Of a stretch of 64,000 nt of DNA, positions 50,835-61,588 are shown one piece after another. Where the stretch lies: NCBI RefSeq assembly GCF_000497125.1, contig NC_090597.1, positions 569,797-633,796 of the forward strand, in the 5' to 3' direction. Every line of letters begins with the position of its first letter. Position 1 is the first letter of the stretch. Position numbers and translations under genes: made by a program. Under the pieces are notes generated by a model. That model saw only the letters and a program-made list of their open reading frames with translations. It was not told the DNA's origin and did not search any database. This DNA comes from Spironucleus salmonicida (taxonomy: Eukaryota).

Positions 50835-52574
50835 ATGACAGACACGGGTACATGCTCAAATGCCGTCTTCAACTGCAAGGCTGGAAACTACTGCCCTACA
50901 AATAGTTCAACTGTCGTAAATTGTCTGTCATGCTCTGAAGATATGATATATGGCTAAAGTTGTTACTGCGAAGACAGCAAACCCATATACAACTGCCAAG
51001 AATGTGCGGGCAATCGCTGCTCTAAATGCCTGTCTTAGACATTTTTATAAAATGATAGATGCCTAGACTGTCCTCCTTACTGCGATACCTGTGCAGACAC
51101 AAATTCTTGCATTACGTGCACCGAAGGTTACGAAAAGAATCCATAGACCGGTATTTGTGAATTATTCTGTAAAAGTGAAGATGAATGTCTGAGCATCGGA
51201 GAAGAGTTTGGGGAACCTGCTACATCAATGGCTTAAACTTGCATTCCAAATTGCTTAGTATGCTTTACAACCACAACTTGCGAGTTCTGCAATCCTAGTG
51301 GGTTTATCAGTACACTAACAGGGCAATGCACTAGCAAATGCGTAAATATTTAAAACGGAAATTACTGTGACAACGGTACTGCAAAGCCTTGCGATGAAAA
51401 TCTGACAACAGAATGCAAATGTGGCCGTGCGGACTTTTGTGCTTCTTGTAATCAAGCTGGTACCTAGTGTAAAAAGTGTTTGCCGCATATGAAATTTAAC
51501 AAAACTGGCGAATGTGACGGTTGTGAGGACGGATTTGCTCTCGAAATCAGCTAGTGCATACCCTGCACAGACGAAAACTGCAATGTTTGCCCATCTAAAA
51601 AAAATATCTGTACAGCGTGCAAAAATAACTTTATGGTGTAAAACGGCAAATGCGAAAAGCAATGCACCACCATTGCCAACTGCACAGCCAGCCAAATTTG
51701 TGACAAAATCTGCAAAACCTGCACAGGCAACTGTGCCACGTGCAAGGACGCCGTCGACACCTGTATGACCTGCAAATCTGGATTTATCTTGGAAAACTAA
51801 AAATGTGCAGCCTGTCCCAGCGACTGCGCGAACTGCGACGGCGATAAAAATGATTGTAAAATTTGTAAAGAAGGCTTTTTCGCCAAAGATAAAATCTGCA
51901 ATACTTGTGATGGAAACACGACCGAAAAGTGCAAGTGCGGGAATGCAGCAAATTGTGCTACCTGCGATTCTTCTGAGATAGGAAAGTGCGGAAACTGCAT
52001 CACTGACTATAAAAAGGCTGACGACGGTACCTGTTCCGCCTGCGCCGACGGCTATTTGATGGTCGAAATGGCCTGCAAGAAATGTTAGTAAACGTGTGCC
52101 ACGTGCTCCTAAAGCATCGTAAAGTGTACCAGCTGCATCGATTCGCACACCATGAGCATCAATTAGACGTGCGAGAAAAATTGCACGGGTGAACTTGAGG
52201 ATGGAAATGTGTGCACGGCAGAAGTGATTGTGGAGTGCGGTGGAAATGATCAGATAACTGCATGTAAATGTAAAGATGCTGCAAACTGCCTCAAATGTCA
52301 TAGTTCGGATAATAAAAAATGTGAATCCTGTATGACAGGCTACAAATTTGTGAATTAACAGTGCGACAGCTGCATAGACGGGTACACTGCTGTTGGAAAG
52401 TTGTGCTTCCCATAGGACGATACGCTCAGTACCAACCTTTCTGGCGGAGCCGTTGCAGGCATTGTTATCGCAGTTCTGATCGTGGTTGGAGGAGTTGCTG
52501 GTGGCGCTTTCTGGTACATGAAGAAGTCCAAAGTTAATTAGGAAATAGAGAAGTAGAATTTTAGCAGGTAGTGA
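50835..52574 (+). CDS. cysteine-rich membrane protein (CRMP), 579 aa
   Basis: MTDTGTCSNAVFNCKAGNYCPT..., CXXC repeats, [33 protein letters not shown]...RQ-TGA; 1740 nt. Confidence 0.9.
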
Positions 52575-55188
52575 TAATTTACTTGGTATCAGGGTTTATG
52601 GCCAGTAAGGTGGAGATTCGAGTGGAAAGTATTCTATCGTTTCAATACGAGGGAGCATCATCTATGGTAAATTGAACTCTCCATTAATTCTTTCAGCAAA
52701 GGTAACATCTTCTACATTAAATTAATCATAGTCAATTACTTATTCATTGACTAAAGCATTTGAGTCTAATTAATTAATTTTAGTAATTATATCATACAAC
52801 TATCTATTTCTTTCCTATGAGATGATTCATTAAGCCCTATCGTTTACATTGTTGATCATCTCATTGTACTTTTATGTTTTAGTTTTTAATAATTTAATCT
52901 ATTAGTTTTTATATACAGATGAGATTTATTTTTCTAGTATTAGTGGTATTTATTTATTGTTCTACTTTATTTAATCTTTTAAAATAGATATATGTTTGTA
53001 ATCTTTTTAATATTTATTCTCTTAACCTATTTTAATTTTATCTGATTGTTATTACGATCTGATCTTTCTAATCTTACTAATATCTTGTTTCAATAGTTTA
53101 GTTTAAGAATCATTTAAATCATCCTTTGATATTTCAAATAGCTTATTTTTCAATAACTTAATATGATGAAGCTATAACTTATATTGTTATTATTTTTAGT
53201 AGTACTCTTAAAGAGATATCTCTCTTGAAGTATTGTTATATAACTTGCTACAATTTTTGTAGAATACATTTGATGTTTAATTATACAAGCGTTGTGTGGT
53301 TGTGTTCTATTTTACATAAACATAAAAAATGGTTTTCAAAATTACTATTTTATGTATTTACTTTCTTGAATGTGACATCTTAATTATGCGCTATAAAGAA
53401 TGAAGTCAAATTTGATCTTGAGAAGTTATCCCATGTTGTTGAGCTTGTTGACATCTTACTCTATGAGCTTATCTGATTAAAAACACATCTAGTTTGTCTC
53501 ATAGGATGCTTAATTCGAATTCTGACCTAACGCTACCCGGCCCTCCTACAATCTCTAGAACGATCGCTTTCCACCCTGACCGGTTGAAATGTTATTTTGT
53601 TAAGTTATTCTGTTTCTATTTTATAATTTAATCTCTATGTTTGTTGATCATTTATTAGTCAAATTTGCCTTTGATCGTATTCATATAATGGAGTAGTAAA
53701 TAATACATTCTAAAAGTATGGTTCAGTCGGCTTCGGTTAAAAAACGGCAAGTCATGGTTATGATCACAACAAGGTCATAAAAAATTACTTTGACGGTTTT
53801 AAACTAGAGACTACGGGTTCATGCTGTTAGTACTAGTTACTTAATTCTATAATAATAAATTATTGAAAAATTAAATCTTAATAATAGAAACTAGCTTATT
53901 AAAATGAATATAATAATATTTGATGCACGATTATTATATATTACTTAAATTATATATTATAATATATTTTAGTTATGTAATTTATTAATTAAATCTGAAA
54001 TTAAATGGTTTATGATAATGTTTTAATTATTTATTAACCAAGACAAACTATTTTTACAATTATCTAAATTAAAAATAATAGTAATTTCCATTTCCTTAAA
54101 AGGATATTTATTGTAGTGATTTAGCGTGGAATAAATATTGTTGAATGAGGATTATAATAACTAATATTTGTAACGTATTGATATAAATTTTAAATTGTAA
54201 GTTATCAAGATAGTTGCTGTTATGATTTACAAATATTAATATATTAACATTAAAACAGATGAATGTTTGAAATAAATGTTACTGTTTGATAATATTTAAT
54301 GATAATATATATTTGGTATAAGTAATCTCACATAATATATATTCGCTTTAAATATTATAACAAATCTACCATTCATCGAATAAGCTTTGACTGCAAAGCA
54401 TATGCTTAAATTTTAAGTATATGCTTGTAATACTTATATATTTTATTAACATTTATCATCATATAAAATGATTGATTACAAATAAAAATTATTTCAAATA
54501 TAATGAAATCTACGCTTCTAATGAAATTCATATTTGATTATAAACATCTTAAATTATAGTTAAAACCTAAACAGCATACATACCTCGATTCAATAGAGAA
54601 CTAAATTGTAAATTTAAAAAACTTTACATTATTAAATTTAAATATTAAAATATATCTGTATACACATAATAATCGTATGATATCTTGATTCTATTATCGG
54701 TTTAGGTATAAATATTGCTTTTAATAATAAATATTGTTATTATATTTTATATATATTTATATAAAATAACTTATTATTAAAAATCTCTATAGAGAAATAA
54801 TAATATAATAAACATAATAAATAAATAAAAATATAAAATAATAGTTATATTTATATATTTAATACATAATATTATTACATAATATTGATAACAACTCATG
54901 ATTAATAATAAATTAAAAAATAAAATATATGACGAGCATTATTGTAATAAAATATATTTATTACTTATAATTTTACGTATTATTTGACTTTTAAAAAATA
55001 TAAAAATTAACAGTATATGAAGTTATCATCGATATAAATCAAGAACTACTTTTTACTGTTTTTATGATTTTATATTATTAATTTTAGAGTAGTTAATCCA
55101 AGTTAACCGTCTATCATAAAAAGCGAAACTATTTAATCCTAATTATTTATGAATTAAAGCACTTATCGTAAAATTCCATTAACTAAAA

Positions 55189-57039
55189 ATGTCCGGAACC
55201 TGTACTGATAGCTAAAATAGTTGCACATCTGGATATTATTGCCCAACAGGAACTACTACTTCTGAAAAAGTCTGCATTAAGTGCACTGACGGTTGCCTTA
55301 CTTGCTCAGGTACCACCTTAGAAGACACTGTGTGCGCCACTTGCGCAGAAGGTCAGTTTGTTGATGGAAAAAAATGTTCATCATGTGACTCCAAATGTAA
55401 AGTCTGTATCACTACTGCAACCACCTGTTCTGTCTGCCAAAACGATAACTTTTTAGAGAATAATACATGCAAAACATGTACTGCCAATCAGTTGAAGCCC
55501 TGCGTGTGCACAGCCGCCGTTAATTGCACCACCTGCGCCAGCGATAAGACGAAGTGTGCCACCTGCAACGGAAACTACAACCCAGCTGCTGACACGCCCT
55601 GCTCGACCTGTAAAACCGGCTTTTTTGAGAGCACCACCGCTCCAAAAACCTGTACAGCATGCCCTGCCACCTGCCTCACCTGCACTTCTGCCACCGAATG
55701 CCAGACCTGCGCCAATGGCTACGTTTTGGCCGGTTCCACTTGCGCTCCTTGCGAAATTGCTCAGATGAAGCCCTGTGTATGCACAGTCGCCGCTAACTGC
55801 GCCACCTGCGCCACCGACAACACTAAATGCGCCACCTGCAACGGAAACTACAACCCAGCTGCTGACATACCCTGCTCGACCTGCAAGCCAACATTTTTCG
55901 AGGATACGACGACGAACCCAAAAACCTGCTAAGCATGCTCAGCTAACTGCATAACCTGCTCGTCTGGCACCATCTGCAGTGCTTGCGATTCTGGCTTCGT
56001 CGTTGATGCTAACAAGTGCGAGAAGTGCACAGACTTGAACTGCACAACCTGCTTGAATGGAAAGGACGTCTGCACCACCTGTGAAGCTGGATTTACTGTT
56101 ACAGACAGTAAATGCGTCAAAAACTGCTCAGAAGATTCCGAATGCGCCTCTTCTGAAATTTGTCAAACGATCTGCAAAACCTGCACTAATAACTGCGCTA
56201 CCTGCGAGAATATGCTTAACGAGTGCAAAAGCTGCCTTCCAGGCTTCATTTTGGAAGGAACTGCATGCGCGTAATGCGGCGATAACTGCGCCAATTGTGA
56301 CGGGAATAAAATAGTCTGCCGGTTATGCAAGCCAAACTTTTTCCTCAAGGATGGTGCTTGTACGACCTGCGTCGATAACACCATAGAACAGTGCGAGTGC
56401 AATGAAGCCGTAAACTGCGCAACCTGTGAGACCGCGGACACGAAAAAATGCGAAAATTGCCTCACTGGGTACAAGAAGTCAGATTCAGGCTCTTGTGACG
56501 AGTGCTCGGAAGGCTTTTTCATGAGCTAAAAGTTGTGCTCCAAATGCAACGAAGTATGCAAGAGCTGCTCAGGTGACGGGGAAAGGTGCGATACTTGTAC
56601 TACTGGGTATACGATGAGCATAAACCAAATATGCGAAAAAGACTGTACGGATGCTGTTACTAATGGCAACGTTTGCGTTGGGGAGTAAGTAGTGGCGTGT
56701 GGGAGTGATAGTTAGACCGTCGCATGCAAATGCGAAAGTGCGCTAAATTGCTTCAAATGCAACGGGACTGATAGCACAAAATGTGAGTCCTGTATGCCAG
56801 GATACAAGCTTGCGGAAGATGTCTGCACTGGGTGCACTGAGGGAGCTGAAGTTGTTGGTGCGTTCTGCTTTATCTCTGGTAATAAGTCTAAAAATAACCT
56901 TTCTGGTGGAGCTATTGCCGGCATTGTAATTGCAGTTTTAATTGTTGCTGGTGCGATAGGCGGCGGGGTATTCTGGTTTATGAGGCAGAAAAAGAAGGCA
57001 TCGGTGTGTGTTGAAGGGTCTGCTGGAATACAGGAATGA
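55189..57039 (+). CDS. cysteine-rich membrane protein (CRMP), 616 aa
   Basis: ORFs at 55330, 56035 and 56794 share a frame from ATG 55189; [34 protein letters not shown]; internal duplication with 273-bp offset. Confidence 0.92.
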
Positions 57040-57499
57040 GATATTTAATTAGTAGCGTTTAAAATGGAAGAAGGTTGGTCCTACTGGTACTAAAATTAAT
57101 TAGATTAGAATTATTTACCTGTGGCCATGCAATTTGTGAATGGCCCCGCTGCAGATGGGAGACTTCCCATCAAAAGGCACAAGAAATTGATTCATAGCAG
57201 GGGATGTTAAGTAGAAAATTGTTTACTATATTGTGAACATTATCAGCTTAGGCGTGTTAAAAAATTGGTTTTAAAGTTAAAACATTGTTGTACATTTCTC
57301 TCAAATAGATTTTAAATTTTTATTTAATCTTTAAATAAACATAGCATCGCTGTAATCACACTTACTCTACCATAAATTTAATAATATTTCTTAATTACAT
57401 AATTAAATAAATATCATCCTTAACTGGATATAGATTTACATAACTAAAATTTCGTTAATAAATTTAGAAGAATCTTTATATTATATCTTGTTAAATACA

Positions 57500-59130
57500 A
57501 TGAACAAGCTATTCTAAATTAACATTATATTCTATCTAACAACAGTAAATATAAACTCTCAATCGAAGATATATACAAACTCTATTCCATCTTAAAGTTG
57601 AGTCGGTGCAACCAGAAATACGGATAATGCAGCATACAGCAAGTACTAATAAAGATATGCTCTTATTTTTGCAAGCAACAGCGTCATCTGACTAACCCGC
57701 TTTATTCGCAGCTTGTCTCGCCATTTATTTTAAAACTATATATTGGATACTATATGTAAAATAATAGCATTTTTAGAATAGAAGCGTTTTAAAATTCTTA
57801 ATACTAGGATATTGTCCATATCTACTAGACACTAGTATGACATAGTAGAGTACTGTATACAGGTAGGTAAAAGATAATAGTCAAATTTTTATGCCAGCTG
57901 GTGTGTACTTAGTATAGCAGTTAAGCTTTATCGTGTTGCCTGTAATGATTTAGCTCACGATATCCAGTGACATTTTACTTATTCATAGTATAGAGTATAA
58001 ATTTCGAAGAACAAAACATGCAAATACTGCAAAAATAGGTATGAACGGTCCTTAAGCCCCCTAGGCTATATGACAACTTTCTTGGTTCTAACAATAACCA
58101 TCATTAGCAAAAGATGGTTGAATGCGAATATTTCCATCACAAGTTATCACCTTGCGGGGGCATCTAGCTCACAAAAAATAAAAACTAACCTGCCAAGCCT
58201 AAAACGCTGGAAAACATTCCAAGAAAAACTTCACAGTTCGCCATATGCCCACAAAAACACTCCACACAAAACACCATTTCAACACTGATAACAAAAACAC
58301 AACTGCTCATCTCTCGGTCCCCATTTTCACGGAACGCCCTTCACGGCTATTTACCTGCCAATTAAATATACTTACCCCATCTACACCTAAAAGCACATCC
58401 AGCGATGCCTTATCGATGCCATTGCCACCTGAAGCATATCCCATTAACTACATTTGCAGAGTCATGCGCAATTTCTTACCGCGTTCCGAGGTCTGGTCGC
58501 ACTGACTGAAGCAAAGCTGATAACCAGGAAAATTATCAAAACGCCCAATCAGTATCATATACATAACACCTGCAAAACCTCCACCCTGCGGTATCATGTC
58601 AAAAACCTGAAGTGAAATCATTGAAACGTACGCAGACGAAATACCAGCGGTCAAATGCTGTCCACGTCGCATTAGAAGCTGCCGGAACCGACGGCAACCA
58701 AAATGACACCAATGGAACCAAATTTTAATCTGCAAAAACACAAATTCGGATAATCCTGCAACTATTGCTTATTCGAGATACTCTTGCATATACTGTGGTA
58801 CAGTCAGTATTGGATCACTTTTCAGCGAATTCCACGCCAAGCTATTTATTTTGTCAGTATAGCTATATTTATATCTGTTCAGGTAGGCCATACAGCTGGT
58901 GCGACAAATATAGGATAGTTATGGAACTTCGTTAATATGTGGTCTCAGTGAAATAGCATATTTTTGGATGGGTGTGGTGGGATTCTTGTGTGGAAGAAGT
59001 GGATGCAGCAAAAATATTATTATGTTGGTGCAAATAATCGCAGTAGCGGCTCTATAAGTTTGCTAACTTCTTCCAATTGATGAAAGAATGCACATATTAG
59101 AGATGGTGGTGGACTAGTAATGACAGAATG
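57500..59130 (+). pseudogene. highly degenerate coding-like region, possibly a decayed Cys-rich membrane protein
   Basis: Raised GC, fragments such as HNTCKT and SCNYC, and a hydrophobic/basic stretch (GCGGILVWKKW) near 58970-59010; no continuous frame. Confidence 0.3.
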
Positions 59131-60538
59131 GAAGCTATATGCTAATTTTATATACTTATTATTTCATATTCGTTTAATACCCCAGTATGAATTAAATTAG
59201 TCCTAAACTATCATGTGTAGTGCGTAATTAGTATTAGAATATCTGCAAATATTCTGCTTTGCGTTAGACATAGACTGAAAACGTGTTAGCAAGATGGAGG
59301 ATTATCCCAAGCGGTTACATGCGCATCCCATAGACTAATATAGCTAGAAGATGCAGTAAATATTATCATCACTTGATGGTGGTATATGGCTCCTACTAAT
59401 TTTCATCAAAATTTAATAATAATCTCGTCATACAACATATTGGTATATAGTATACCAGGTATCAAAGAATAATATTTTAAAATATTTTAGTGCTAATATA
59501 CAGTCTAAAATGGGATTACAGTATCATCCAGTCACACAAAGGGTTCCACAGAAGAATAAACTGTAACTCCTTCGGGTGGAGCTATTAAAGAGTGGATAAT
59601 AAATGCAATTAACTGATAAGATATAGCCTATTTTGGAACGGATAGTTTAAAAATCAATGGTAAATATCAAGTATTTTACCAAAATTATGACTATTGGTAC
59701 ACATCTTAATAGTTAATCGTAAGGAATGAAGATCCAACGAAAGTACTATGTATCCACCAACCGAAGCATTTAACATAACTAACATTACAAAAACTTGTCG
59801 TTTACCATTAAAGAGTAGATAAATTATATACGAAATATGTTGCGTGATGAGAATAAAATAAAAATAAAATTATATAAATCTACATAAATACAAATTAATA
59901 ATTAGAATATCTGTATAATATTGTTACAAAGTGCTTAGTTTTCGCTACGGTATGGATTTTATAAAAGTAAAATATTTAGAGGCAAATGGCCATACTGCAG
60001 TAAAAACTTACTGGTTTAAAGCCCTAAAAATACTCTAAACCTAACATCGCGTGAATAAGTTGGCTAGAACCATTTTAACCACTATGAAATGGTAAAACTG
60101 AATATAAGGATATCTTATTCCCTTTTACACCTAATAATCGCATTTATTTACTATTTTATCAGAATTTTAAACCTCAGAATTTTACCACTCAGCCCCAAGT
60201 AATATTTTTACTACAAGACCATTTAACATTTAACGACTCATGAACCCTTTTAGGGCTGTTACAACAATTTTTCAAATTAAAGCCTGCAAAATACCATTTT
60301 CACCCTCCATACTAACTCTCAAGCAGCACAATTGAGGCCACATTCTCACCGATTCCTCAAGAGTTTCTACCCTACCCTAAACTAAATTTTGCATGACAAT
60401 ATCATGTGAATACTGCAATCGTGCGTTCCACATTAGCAGTTCTGCGTATTTCCTGGCAACCAGCGCTCAAACGGTCAAAGAATCATGCAATTGTTGAAAC
60501 AGCTCAGTTAAGGCTTTTTGATTGCGCAAAAACGTATT

Positions 60539-60781
60539 TCATGCTTTTGTGCAGGAACGAGATATGTTTTTTGCGGGTTTTTATGGTTATTATGGTTATA
60601 CTTTTTTAGTCTCTTGCAATGTTTCTGGTTATGGTAAATATTTTGTAAATCTGTTTGTCATGTATAATACCTTTCCTAATTTATCTTTAGTTTGATCTTT
60701 TAGACCTAATGTATTAATAACTAGATGTCTTCCGTCTGTTGAGATATCTGCTCCTTTGTTAATTTAATCTGCAATGTTCAT
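60539..60781 (-). CDS. small ORF downstream of PolB, 80 aa (MNIADQINKGADISTDGRHLVINTLG...)
   Basis: ATG after a T-run/TATTAAA tract; open to TGA at 60539; no homology recognised. Confidence 0.35.
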
Positions 60782-61588
60782 TTTAATAATTAAAAAAAAT
60801 TGATTTTTCGTAAGTCACTTAAATCTTGCTTATAACATTTAACATGTGGTCAATGAAGTTTATTAAATCGGGTTGTTCCTTTATTTGTTAATGTGAATCT
60901 GCAACTGATTCTAATATTGGTTTTTTAACGATTTGCTCTCTTTTGAGTTGTTATTAACTTTCAAATTTTTAAAGAATTAATATTTAAATTATTTTTAACT
61001 ATTTTATAATTCTGTTAGTGTATCAATACTTTGGATTTTTGATTATTAAATTACCTATTTATTTTCATTCTTATCTCAAACATTTTTGTTTATGTTTCTT
61101 TTAATTACATATATTACTTAATTAATATTTCTTATTTTTATACGTATGGTTATATTTCTCTTTATTATGTTTTATTTCATCTATACATTCATAATTCTTC
61201 TTTAATTTCCTTATTTTTATATTTGTGTTATCTGAATTAACTGAATTATTTTATTTATTTTTTGTATCAATTGAATTAATTGAATTCGATGCCATTCAAT
61301 TTTATTAATACAAAAAAATACTTTGATAATTTCTCATAACAGAATAGTTTTAGTACTAAACGCCCTAGTGTTGATCTCTTCCGATGAATCATATATTCTT
61401 TCATTAATACTAATAAATCTTATGCGTTTAAGTTATCTCTCGCCACGATATCTGCTATATATTTTAAATCTGCTCTCAAGATCTTATGCTCATCGTTATA
61501 GAATTATATATTATTTTTTATATTACTTAACCAAAAGTTAACTTTCCCATTTTACTATATTAAATAAATATAACTCTGGAAATATCAA

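Noticed and set aside
51315-52301. 328-aa hydrophobic minus-strand ORF
   Set aside because: Antisense shadow of the CRMP gene 50835-52574.
59200-60500. Long TGA-free frames between the CRMP field and the Polinton remnant; possible element terminus
   Set aside because: No motif in the frames read and no terminal inverted repeat or (AGT)n end recognised; the other end of the element is outside the window, so it cannot be tested.
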